64,000 nt of DNA. Source: Tricharina praecox (lineage: Eukaryota). Below the pieces are notes generated by a model, which was given only the letters and a program-made list of their open reading frames with translations, searched no databases and was not told where the DNA came from. Each line of letters starts with the position of its first letter. Positions within the stretch are counted from its first letter, which is position 1. The stretch covers positions 1,054,001 through 1,118,000 of the forward strand of contig NW_026250412.1 in the NCBI RefSeq assembly GCF_024521635.1. The letters are read 5' to 3'. Of the stretch, positions 14,337 through 25,869 are shown one piece after another. The translations under genes were made by a program, and so were the position numbers.

Positions 14337-14570
14337 ACGGATGGATGGATGGATTTTGGACGGAAAATGTGGCGGGTGTAAGATATCTAGATGTATAGAC
14401 CGCACGATGTATAGTAGAGTACACTACGAGACGAAAAAAATCAATGGTTGGATCAAACATTGAGCACACTGTATCACTCGATGAAGCAAAGCACAACCGT
14501 AAAATTCCCGCAAAGCAAAAAAAAAGACAGCAAAAGAATCGTACAAACAACCATCCACATTACATTAAGA

Positions 14571-16088
14571 CTACGCTCTTCTCGGCCCGACCCCAGGATT
14601 AGCCGCCTGCACCGCCTTCCGATGTATCGCCTGAATCTGCTCATTGACATCGTAGCTCCGCATCTTGACCGTCTCCCTGCTCTCGCTCGTTCCATCCCAC
14701 GCGCCGCCAGTCGCAGCCTTCTTTCGTCGCTCCACCTCCTCGGGCGAGATGTGTTCTCCCGTCGCACTATCGAACAGGTCGTCACGCTGACTCGCCAGCC
14801 GCTTCAGGTTCGCCACCGTGTCGTTGGTGTTGAGATTTGTCGTGGCGAACTTGGCGTCCGCGCGCGCACGCTGCTCTTTCCAGCGCGGGTCGAGAAGCTC
14901 GATACGCATGTGCGCCTCCATCTCGGACAGCGGGATCGCCTGTTGGCAGTTGGGGCAGATACCGGTGGCCTCTTGGTGACGTTTCTGGAGCGCGCGGGGG
15001 AAGGTCGACGGGCGGATCTTCATGCTGGTTTGCTTGGGGTGCTGTTGCTGGTGGTGGTCGAGCTGCATTGGCTGTGGCTCGTTGTGGCTGGGTTGCGGTG
15101 GGGCGGGCGCCGGGATCCAGACTTGTTGCTGCTGCTGCTGCTGCTGTTGCTGCTGCTGTTGCTGCTGCTGCGCGGGAGGGTAGTTCATTGCGTAGTCGTC
15201 TGCAGTTGGCATCGCCTCCTCGATACGTAGGGCGGACGGGTGGAGGGACATCATATTCTTCTGCTCGAGCGAGGCGAACTGTAGATCCTGCAGGTTCTGC
15301 GGCGGCGGCAGATCAGTCTGGTCGTCTGCCTCGGTGAAGACGACGGTCTCGACGACCACGAAATCGTGCCAGTCAATCTGCGCATACGCAAGCCGCTCTT
15401 GGTCTTCCTCCTCCTCCTTCTTTGCCCGCTCCTTCTCCTGGTGCTTCGTCCACTCCGCACGCTCGCGCGCCACCTCGAGAATGTGGAATTTGTCCTGCAC
15501 GTTGCGCGTAAGCTCCTCTACGCTGGGTCCGCCACGCGGCTGCAGAAGCTCCGTGTACTGGTCCAGCAATCGTGAGAAGAACTGGTAGAAGCTGTGGTTG
15601 GGACGGAGGAAGTCAAACTGGTAGTTACGGGCCTCGCGCTGGGAAAGATGCGTGAGGAATCCGCGGCCGTGCTTGGCGGCGAAGAGGGCGGTCAACCGTA
15701 CGATGTCGAGATCCTGCGCGGAAATGTTCGGCATCCGTGCCGAGAACTTGAATTCTGGGGGTTCCTTGGGACCTGCGGGTTTCGGTGCTTCGGCGACGAC
15801 GTTGGCGCGACCCGCAGAGAGCGTGGTGCCCCGGCCGGACCGGATCTCGTCCAGGCGCCAGGCATAGAAATTGTAGTACGGATCGGACGTGGCGAGGAAC
15901 GAGAATTTGGGGTTGTGCTTTTCTTTTTCGCGGATTCGCTGCTCGAAGATTTGGCCGTTACGCTCAACGTATCCCGCGGTTTTTTCGACGATGGCGCGGA
16001 TGTCGCGTGGTGGAAGGACAATCCCTGGCGGCGGCTTGCCGGCCTCCTCGAGACTGCGGTCGACGTCGTTCGGGACGGCGGTAGCCAT
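14571..16088 (-). CDS. PRP21: Splicing factor SF3A1/Prp21 (two SURP domains)
   Basis: IVEKTAGYVERNG (SURP1), LTALFAAKHG...QFDFLRPNHS (SURP2), YAQIDWHDFVVVET, HMRIELLDPRWKEQ. Start at MATAVPND. Confidence 0.95.
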   Translation of the reverse strand: MATAVPNDVDRSLEEAGKPPPGIVLPPRDIRAIVEKTAGYVERNGQIFEQRIREKEKHNPKFSFLATSDPYYNFYAWRLDEIRSGRGTTLSAGRANVVAEAPKPAGPKEPPEFKFSARMPNISAQDLDIVRLTALFAAKHGRGFLTHLSQREARNYQFDFLRPNHSFYQFFSRLLDQYTELLQPRGGPSVEELTRNVQDKFHILEVARERAEWTKHQEKERAKKEEEEDQERLAYAQIDWHDFVVVETVVFTEADDQTDLPPPQNLQDLQFASLEQKNMMSLHPSALRIEEAMPTADDYAMNYPPAQQQQQQQQQQQQQQQQVWIPAPAPPQPSHNEPQPMQLDHHQQQHPKQTSMKIRPSTFPRALQKRHQEATGICPNCQQAIPLSEMEAHMRIELLDPRWKEQRARADAKFATTNLNTNDTVANLKRLASQRDDLFDSATGEHISPEEVERRKKAATGGAWDGTSESRETVKMRSYDVNEQIQAIHRKAVQAANPGVGPRRA

Positions 16089-16380
16089 GATGAAGGTGAC
16101 GTTTGTGTTTGGAACGGTCAGTGGCGGTAGAGGTAATGGCGGGGGGTCGTTGAGGTCTATGATATTGAGGTGAGGTAGAGTAGACGATGTTGGTTGCTGG
16201 CGTTGCAGAATACGCGACAAGTTGGTAGGCTGGCAACTCTCGCTTCGCCGGGTAAAATTCGGTTTCAGGGGAAGCTTCCACTGTGCTTGGAACTGAGTGG
16301 AGGAACACAACACCAACACCCTATCAGCAAACAACTTCTCCATCTAACTGTCCCTTAGTCCCGAACATCACACCGCGAAT

Positions 16381-17316
16381 ATGGCTACTCACTTCCCCTC
16401 CATCGAAGAGTTCGACGATGGCCAGCTCGAACCCGTCCTTCTCCCCGGCGCGACCACTCTCGATCTCGGCCTCGACAGCGATCCAGCCGCCGACTTCCTC
16501 TCCCGCGAGAAGGCCACTCTCGGCGCTGACGCGGACCTGTTCGCTACCGAAGATGACAACAATCTTCTCGGCGGTGGAGACTCCGTCCCTACAGCTTTCG
16601 AGAGCAGCTTCCCGAGTTTGGACCATGAGGTTAGTACACGGAGCTAGCTTTCGCGGCGGGCTCGGAGCTGACAGGTGTCATGTCAAGACCGATGGACCTG
16701 GTGGAACCATCACCGGCGGAGAGGAACCTTACATGCCCGGCCACAACACGTACACAGGGATGAGCACGGAGGTTGATGAGGAGCCCGAGGTCGTCAAGTG
16801 AGTCCCCGCCCGCAACACCGATACCCCACCGTCGTCGGAGCTAATCAGCTACTACTAGACAATGGCGCGAGCGTCAAGCTCTCGAGATCCAGCGACGCGA
16901 CGAGCTCTCGGAGACACGGAAGCTGGAGACAATCGCAAAGGCGCAGCAGAACATCGACGACTTCTACGAGAACTACAATTCGAAGCGCGATAAAGCTGTG
17001 GAGGATACTCGGTACATTACCTCGTAGCTTGGGTCGATGCGGATGGGAAGCTGATTATGCTGTAGTCGCGAGGCACAGGAATTCCTGGACTCCCGCGAGA
17101 ACACGGTCGCCGGCGGCACCGCCTGGGAGCGTATCGCCAAGCTGGTGGATATGTCCGACAAGGCTGTGCGCTCCGGACGGAGTGACAAGACTGCGTTCCG
17201 CGCCATGCTCATGAGCTTAAGGAAGGACGAGAAGGCACATTTCCCCTACCGATTAACACCAACTCGAACTCAATGCTAACAGTCATCCGCAGGCACCCGG
17301 TTCTAGCGGATATTAA
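16381..17316 (+). CDS. CLC1: Clathrin light chain, 5 exons
   Basis: MATHFPSIEEFD...AADFLSREKATLG, EPEVVKQWRERQ, IDDFYENYN, GTAWERIAKLVD. The C-terminus LRKDEKAPGSSGY* needs a GC-AG intron at 17235-17292. Confidence 0.9.
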
Positions 17317-17846
17317 TGATGCTGTAATGGGAGTTTTGCTAGAATTGTGAATGTCTCTGGTTTTCTCTGTTTCAATCTGTCACCTTTCCTTGAACAAAAC
17401 CGGCGTGTTGGGTGGGGAAGGGTGGTGTTGCGTTCTGCTATTAGAAATCGTGGGTTGTGGGCACGAATCACACGATATTACCTGCATTGACTATGTCCCG
17501 AGTTGCGAATGTCGATTTCGTGGGTCCTTACTGTTCAGCGGCCGCGATTACGCTCGTATCCGTGCTCTACTGATCGCCAATGGTTGGATGAATTCAATTA
17601 TTGGCGACACTGTGGTCATTACTCTCACTCGCATCACGTGCATTAAGCACAATTGCGGCTAAAACTTATCTACGCTAAAAGAAAAATTTCACCACTTTCC
17701 CCGATCCTAAAACGACTATTTCAACACACCCACCAAAACCCCCACCACGCCCGCTTTCTTTTCCCTTTTCTTCTCCAGGCCGCAGCCTGCGGTTCTAATT
17801 CCACCACCACCTCACACCACTACCACCCCGAAGTACCACAACAAAG

Positions 17847-20069
17847 ATGGGTAACTTCAAGAAAGAGAAGAGTCGTCGGTATGTCCCACTTCACCCGGTG
17901 CAACACGCATTGAATCTAATAGAGCGTTCCCTCTAGAGACCGCTCGTCCACTGCGGGCGATGGCATGGCCAATGTCAAGACCAAGGGCGAGAACTTCTAC
18001 CGCGACGCGAAGAAAGTCAAGCGAGTAAACGACCTGCGCGATACCGGTGGAGCAAAGTTCAACCGCGACGGCAGCAAAGTCGTGCAGGCCGCGCCCTTCC
18101 AGTCGCGCGCTGTCCCCACAGCCCGTATCGAGCCGAACCGGAAATGGTTCGGGAACACCAGAGTCATCTCCCAGGAGGCCCTGACCGGCTTCAGAGAGGC
18201 GATGGCGGAGAAGAGCAAGGATCCTTACACCGTGCTCCTGAAGAGTAATAAGCTCCCCATGAGTCTGCTTGAGACTCCGGGTCAGAAGGAGCATGAGGCA
18301 AAGATTAAGGTCGGAACCCAACCTTTCTCTGCGACCTTCGGTCCTAAGGCGCAGAGAAAGCGGCCGAAGATTGATGTTGGAAGCATGGAGGAGATGGCCG
18401 GCCATCTGGAGACCGTCGAAAAGAAGTATGCCGACAAACTGGAGACGGATAAACTTCTGAGTGGACAGTTGGGCGAGGAGGAGAGGGCTGGTGTCATTAA
18501 AGAGGCAAGAGAGCCTATCTTCTCCAAGGGACAGTCGAAGCGAATTTGGAACGAGTTATACAAGGTATGTTTTCTTCTGCGTCGAGGTCAGCGAATGGGC
18601 TGCTAACAGACTGCTGCAGGTCATCGACTCGTCCGACGTCGTAATACATGTCCTCGATGCTCGAGATCCCTTGGGTACTCGGTGCCACAGTGTTGAAAAA
18701 TACATCAAGGAGGAAGCACCACACAAGCATCTGATCTTTGTCCTCAACAAGTGTGACTTGGTACCCACCAGCGTAGCAGTAAGACCCACCGCTCCCAACA
18801 TTCCCTTCCCCCTCCCTCTTGCCCGTACCCCAATTCCCAACCTGTGCTCTCCAGCACCCCACTGTTTTAAGTCAAGGCTATTTCCACCGAGTTCATCTCG
18901 GAAACCTATGGATCTAGTCTGTTACAATAGTGGGAGATCAATTCCGTCCCCGTTTATACCGGCTCCTCGTCGTTTTGGCGAGGATGTCCAGTCGATTTCT
19001 TCCGTTTTGGATAGGGTCACCAGGGGGCGGAAGTGCTCCGTATTGAGTTGAGCACCATGGCTCCCCGCTTCTAGCGGGGCTCGTGCGGGTGCTCTTAGTT
19101 ACGTTTCACACATTCATTCCTCATCTTCATTTTTACTTTGATTGCATCACGCAATTTTTATTACGATAATTCTGACATTGCAACTACTAGGCTGCCTGGG
19201 TTCGTCGCCTCTCCAAATCCCACCCAACCCTCGCCTTCCACGCCTCCATCACCAACTCCTTCGGCAAAGGCTCTCTTATCCAGCTGCTCCGACAATTCTC
19301 CTCCCTGCACAGCGACCGCAAACAAATTTCGGTCGGACTGATCGGCTACCCCAATGCCGGCAAATCCTCCATCATCAACACCCTCCGCGCCAAGAAGGTG
19401 TGCACAGTGGCTCCCATCCCAGGAGAAACCAAGGTATGGCAATACATCACTCTGATGCGGCGCATCTACCTGATCGACTGTCCGGGGATCGTGCCCCCGT
19501 CCGTAACCGACACGGCAGAGGACATCCTGCTGCACGGCGTGGTGCGCGTCGAGAACGTCGAGAACCCAGAGCAATACATCCCGGCGGTGCTGGCAAAATG
19601 CAAGCCGCAGCACATCGAGCGCACCTATGAGATCACGCGCGGCGGGTACAAGACACACATCGAGTTCCTCGAGATCCTGGCGCGGAAGTCGGGCCGCCTG
19701 CTGAAGGGTGGCGAACCCGATCTCGACGGCGTCGCGAAAATGGTGCTGAACGACTTCATCCGTGGAAAACTTCCCTGGTTCACCCCCGTGCCGAAATTGG
19801 CCGATGGTGAAACGGAGGATGAGGACTTGGAAGGCGCGGGTCGCATGGGTCAGCTCGGTGAAATGCGGAAACGTAAGGCCGAGAGTGATCCTGACGCTGA
19901 TGTTGACGTGGACGAGGAGGCGACGGAAGCGGGCGATGAGGAGGTCGATGATGGCGACTATGAGGAGTGGAAGGGCATTGGCAGCGATGATGAGGGTAGC
20001 GATGACGAGGGCACTGATGGCGCGCCGACGATAGTGGCTGATGAGAGTGATGATGAGGATGATAAATAG
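17847..20069 (+). CDS. NOG2: Nucleolar GTPase Nog2, 4 exons
   Basis: NGP1NT region ([18 protein letters not shown]), [41 protein letters not shown]. Introns ~17879-17936, 18565-18620, 18779-19190. Confidence 0.96.
18872..19115 (+). ncRNA. snR191: H/ACA snoRNA, snR191/U19-like, in NOG2 intron 3
   Basis: The intron is 412 nt versus ~55 nt typical here. H box AGATCA at 18935-18940; ACA plus 3 nt at 19110-19115. The pocket GAGT...TAGTTAC complements LSU helix 69 GUAACUA[U]GACUC, 14 nt from the ACA. Yeast NOG2 intron hosts snR191. Confidence 0.85.
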
Positions 20070-21133
20070 CCATAAACGTTGTCTTGTTTCTGTATTTTGC
20101 AGCATAGGTTAATAGAGTTGTTCACGATACCCTTTATCTACCCACGAAGTAGGGAAATCTTTGTAGTCAGATGAGGATCTACCTAGTTGTCTACGGGACG
20201 TGATCTGTCTTTGGTCATCAGATCTAAGGATATCTCCAGGTGCAGAGCACCTTGAAAATAAAAATAAAAAGTTTTGACATTTTCTCCGCCCAGGAGTTGG
20301 GTAACACTTGAGACGCAACTCTCATCTCGGGTACTACCCACACAACCCTGAGGTTTGAGCGCTACATGTAAACGAAGTGCGGAATAAAAACCCCGCACAC
20401 CTACAAGAACGAAACGGAACGGCGCGGCGCATGTGATATCACTTGAATTAAGGGGATTTTTTTTTAAAAAGGTAAGGGAGTTTCAGCGTCCAACGCAGTA
20501 CTCAAGTGAAGAGGTGAATCCTGCTAGTAACGAGCTTCGACAGAGCTCACTTATCGTTACCAGGTACGGCCAGTAGTGAGTAGTGATACAACACCGATAT
20601 TCAGATGTACTTATGTAGTGATCCGCCGTCGTAGCAGCCATTCGATAATCAGCAGTCATTGCGATGTCCCGGAGGCTGGCTTCTTTCAAGTTTTGGGTGC
20701 GGATCTACCAACCTACCGTTCCGCCGTAATATTCACTGGACTGAACTACTGAAGAAATCACAGATAGGTAGTATCATATGCTCCCGACAGCCAGCCAGCA
20801 GGTATCCACCGGTAGTGATACACATACGGGATGTCATTAATGATCAAACACGATCTGCAGGTAGCCTGGTAGGCATCATCGTCAATGAATAAAGGACCAT
20901 GCATTGCTCCAATTCACACAACGGATTCACAATCACCATCACAATCACAATCACACCATTCACACCATTCACACCATTCACACCATTCTGCACATCGAAT
21001 GCAACGCAAAGTTACGCACGTTGCTCACATCCTATTACCCCACACGACGCAAAAAGCATACCGGAACCCACACAAATTTTCAAAATACGCACTACTTAAC
21101 ATCAACCAATGAACCAATGACCAGCGCGTCCGT

Positions 21134-24100
21134 TCACCTCCACTTTGAAGCCGTGTCCCTAGGTTCCTTGGGCTTCGAGTCCCTATCACCACGGTCACCA
21201 CGGTCCTTATCCCTGGACTCGGGGCGGTCGGTACGTTCGCCTAGATTCCGCCTGCTGGAGGGGACCCACTTGCCGCCAGCGCCGGATGAGGGTCTGTCGC
21301 CGCCAGCGGTGGGGGGAGTCTCGCTACGTTCCGGGGCACCACCGGTGCGACGGGCAGCCGGAGGGCGGTAGGCGCTACGTTTCTCCTCGGGGGCGGCTCC
21401 GGAGGGAGGCGAGATGGCGGCAGCGGCGGAGGAAGCGGCATCGCGGGGTGCAGCGGGCGGGAGGTCCTCCTTGGGGACGGACCTGGGGGCGAGCTGGAAG
21501 CGGGGACGCTCCGAGGGACCGTTTGAGGCTGCGGGTGCAGCGGCGGCAGGTGTGGCGGCGACGGGTGCAGCGGTGGCGGCAACGGGGACGGGGGCTGATG
21601 GAGCAGCTTCACCACCGGCGGCCTTGGCAGCAGCACGCTCACGCCATCCGGTAGCAGCGACACCAGGACGCCAGGCGGCGGGGGCATCGGGCGCCTTGGT
21701 GGGTGCGGCGACGGGACGGTTCTGACGCTCGGCACGCTCGCGGGCACGACGTTCTTCGGCTTCCTGCTCGCGTTGACGCTGTTTGGCAGCCGTCTCGTCG
21801 AGTTTCCTGTGACGTGTCAGCATGAGAAAAGCAATGGATTGATGCGGGGATCACTGACTTGCGTTGCTCCTCGCCCTCCGCTTTCTCGCGAATCATCCGC
21901 TCGCGCAGCTCGGCCTCTTTCTTGGCTCTCTCCTCCTCCTCCTCCCTGAGACGCACCTCCTCGTCGGCAATCCTCTTCTCCTCAGCCTCCCTCTCGAGCC
22001 TTTCGCGCTCACGAGCAGCCTCGGCAAGGGCCTTCGCCTTGATCTTGGCGTCGCGCACTTCCTTCCGGCGCTTGTCCATAGCCTTCTGTAGCTCCCTCTC
22101 GGCAGCCTTACCACGCTGTTCGAACTCCTGGGAACGCTGTTGCTTAATATCGTCCCTAAAAGTCTCATAGGATCCGACAAGGCGTCCGAGGCGCTTCTTG
22201 AGAGCGACAGCCTCATCGTGCTGTCTCTTAGAGGTCTCAAGGGTGATCGTCTTGGCGGCATCGTACGCAGCGAGATCCTCAGCCTTCTGGCGCTCCCAAT
22301 CCTGGGGAAGGAGCTTGACCTCCTCCCGACGGTAGGCACGCTCCAGATGATCGATACGCTTGCCAGTAAGACGCAGACGCTCGCTCATGTCACGCTTCTC
22401 CTTCTCGAGCTGCTGCAGTTTCATCATGCGAAGCTGGTTGCTGTCGAGGTCGCCCATGTTCTCAACATCGATCTTGGCGTCAAGCGCGAGCTCGTCGAGC
22501 TGCTTCTTGAGTTCCTCCTTGCGGATGCGCTCTTGCTCGGCCTTGACACGCTCCTGCTCACGCTTCTTCTGCTGCTCGGCGACGCGGGCGGCTTCGGCAG
22601 CGCGGGCCTCCTCTTGACGGGCAGCACGGATCTGAGCCTCCTCCTTCTCCTTCTTGAGCAGGGCAGACTCGGCGGCCTCCTTCTTCTTCTCAATGATCGT
22701 GCGGCGGGCAAGGGTCTCGGCGTGCTCCTTCTCGGCACCTACAAGAGCCCTCTTGTGGGCAGCGGCCTTAGCAGCCTCACGCTCCTGAAGGAACTCGGGG
22801 TCGACATGAGTGCAGGTGAGGTACAGCGCCTTTGCGAGCCTCGAGAGTTGAGTACGAACAATCTCGGAGGGAGTGCTCTGGAGCTTCTGGATGGAGGTAT
22901 CCTTCTCGGCAGAGCCGGTACTGGATCCAGGGTGCAGAGCCTTGGAGGAGGAGAATATGTCGGACTCGAAGGTCAGGACACCAGCGGAGTGGTCGATGCG
23001 GATCGAGAGATCACCCTTCTTGCAGCCGTTCATGATGAACTTCTCGATGACAGTAGGGTTGATCTCGAAAGGCGAGGGGAAGGAAGCCAGGTCGAGGACG
23101 AACTGAAGCTGAACTGAGTCGTAAACCTGCGAGAGCTGCTGGAACAACCTGGTAAGGATGACCTGCTGAAGAGGCTGGACGTAAGGCTTCATGTCGGGGT
23201 CGTCGGCGATCTTGGTCAAGATGGGAGAGATCTTCTTGCAGATGCTGAGAGGGTGGAAGTCGACCTCGAGGATGGTGTAGAGTTCGCGGATCTCGGGGCG
23301 GGCACGCTTTAGGAGGCCCTTGTTGAGAATGTCCTTGAACAGGGAAGCACGCGTGGGCGCCTTAGCAAGACCGAGAAGGTTGGTCAAGCGAGTGTTCTTG
23401 GTCCTCTTTGCCTCGTCGACATCGAGCAACGCACCGCGGGAGCGTGCTTGGCTGATGACGGGAATGGACAACGCGGCCAAAAGGTAGAGCGAGGACACGC
23501 GAGTCCAGTCGGCATCGGTGGTGGCAGGGGAGTCCTTCCTGATCGCTGGGTTGGAAGCTACCTGCGCAGCACTATTGCGGAGGAGGTTGTAGTAACGGCT
23601 CCAGGCAGCGGCGTGGAAGAGGTAGTTGTCCGAGACCAAGAAGATCCTGGTCAAGTTCTGGTAGTAGTTGGCCATCATGATGTTCTTTGCGGGCCTCTTG
23701 CTCAGGTTCAGAAGGGTGTGGATGTCCTCAACGGAACGGAAAGCCTCCTGCCAGAGTTCCAACTCGACGGCAACATTCAGCTGCTGGAAGCGGGTGTCGA
23801 GGTGGCGCTGTAGAGTATCGGGATCATTCAGGTTGATGGCATGCATCTGGCTGGCGTACTTGGCGGCATTCTGAACGTGATTGCGGAGCAACTCGCAAAG
23901 TCTCCGGAACTCGGTCTTGCGAGTGTACTTGAGACAGAATTGGAACGCCTGCAGAGCAGTGCTCTGGTACATGGTCTCCAAGCGGGCATTGTTGCGGAGG
24001 ATGTCCAGAACGGTCCTGTAAGTTTCCCACAAGAACTTGAGCCAAGGGGTAACAACGGCACGGTCGGTGCGATCCTTGGACTGCTCGCCGGAAACGGTGG

Positions 24101-24653
24101 ACAGTAGGATAGACTCGGGGGTCTCGGTGGCCTCGAGATCCTCAATCTGGTCCAGAGTGATCTGCTCAGCCCGCTCCTGTGCCTCGGTGACCTTGTTCTC
24201 GGCAAGCTCAATAAACTTCCGGAGAACCAGCTACACATGCAAAGTCTATATATCAGCCGCGTGATCGCCAGCTCTCGCTCATCGCAGATAGAACCCACCT
24301 CGATCGTCTGCACACTAGTATTCTGTGCGATGTTCTTGTACTGGTACAGACCATCCTTGGCAGTCTTTCCCTTCCTCAAGCTAACACAGAGCTCGACGAA
24401 CAAGATCATGACCGGCTCCAAAGAGGCGATCGGCGAGTTGCGGGTGCGCTTCGAGGTGACATGGTCGTGGAGGAGTTCGAGGGCGCCGAGGTTCTTGTTT
24501 ACGGCGACGAGCTCCTGGGCGCGCTGTTTGTCGAGAAGGATTTGTTAGCGATTGGCGATTCTCTCGAGCGGTGAGGAGCAGCCAGCGAGTGGGGCAACAG
24601 CGACGACGAACCTTGAGAACGTTCTCAGGCTTAGCGTGAGGAGGCGGCGGCAT
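21134..24653 (-). CDS. TIF32: Translation initiation factor eIF3 subunit A
   Basis: [55 protein letters not shown] domain, long charged coiled coil. Three introns. Confidence 0.96.
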
Positions 24654-25869
24654 GGTGAATGTGTGTTATCGCGACCGCAGCACACAGGGAGTGTGGATGA
24701 TGTCGAGATGGATGGGGGGTGATCTGGGTTTCCGGAGGGGTGGTTTGGTAAGCTGTGTCGTCGACAGAGTTGCGTTGCGGAAGTTTGTGCAATCTGCGAC
24801 TTAAAGAGGCTTAGCGGCGAATGACAGCCCCACCAAGAATTTTCCTGTGACTGCTGCAAATTGCTATGGTATGGCAACCCACAATCACGACAACGAGAAT
24901 TGAATGGCACGGATGAAGGGGTGTGAGTATGAGTATGGTTGAGAGAACGTGATATTCTACTGGAGGTGGGAGGACAAAATTGAAAATCTGGGTGAAATTG
25001 GTGGCGAAGAGCGAACTCAAAGCAAACCTAGTGAAAGTGCGGGGCTTCGGGTTGAGCACGACGGCGGACAACAGGTCTAGCCAACAGAACGGAGTACAGA
25101 GAGAAGCCTATGCCAAAAGAAAGAAGAAGAGATATAGGAATAACAGACACCGAGGTGCATCGTGCTCAGAAAGACCGGATCTTCCAGGAAAATGAAGCTG
25201 GGTCGGCCGTGTAAAAAATGGAGAAATCGAGTGAAATACAGTGACTCAATCGTCATCAAGTGGAGCATTACCTAAGCCCGTCTCTATAGGGCAGCCCGGA
25301 CTCCGAGATTGTTTAAGCATCGACGTCGAGACATGCTGCTGTCGATTTGTCATGGATTGATTGGCATGCGGCGATTCGCGAGCACATGTGGTGGCTGGTG
25401 GGAGTGCACGACAGATGGCCTTCAAGAAAGGCCGCATCTACGTAGAGTATCTCGCTCGGCCGGGCCTGCTCTGTCATCGAATAGGGAGGACCGTCTTCCC
25501 GGCCGCGCATTGCCGTCATATCCCCCTCCGGTCCACTGATATCATCATACCCGCCAATACCGACTCGTCTAATTCCCCCACCACCCCCGCCTGGCTTGGC
25601 ATGGCAGCCGTTGGTTGCCGGCGTCAGAGGAAGAATTCAGATCCGCTTCGACATCGCATTGCCGCCGCCACAACACCTTCTACAACTACCCCCTCATACA
25701 ACCACACCACCACCCGAGTAGGCATCAGACCACTTCTCTTCGCGCGAAGAAACACCACACACCACACACCACACACCCACATACTGCAGTTCGGGTTCCC
25801 CACCCCTGCCACAGACCACAGATACAACACATACATACCCGACGCATTCCCCTCCATATCGCATCCCCG

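Noticed and set aside
2661-16088. Functional cluster of RNA-processing genes (SF3B1, MPE1, SF3A1)
   Set aside because: They are interspersed with unrelated housekeeping genes; chance adjacency cannot be excluded without synteny data.
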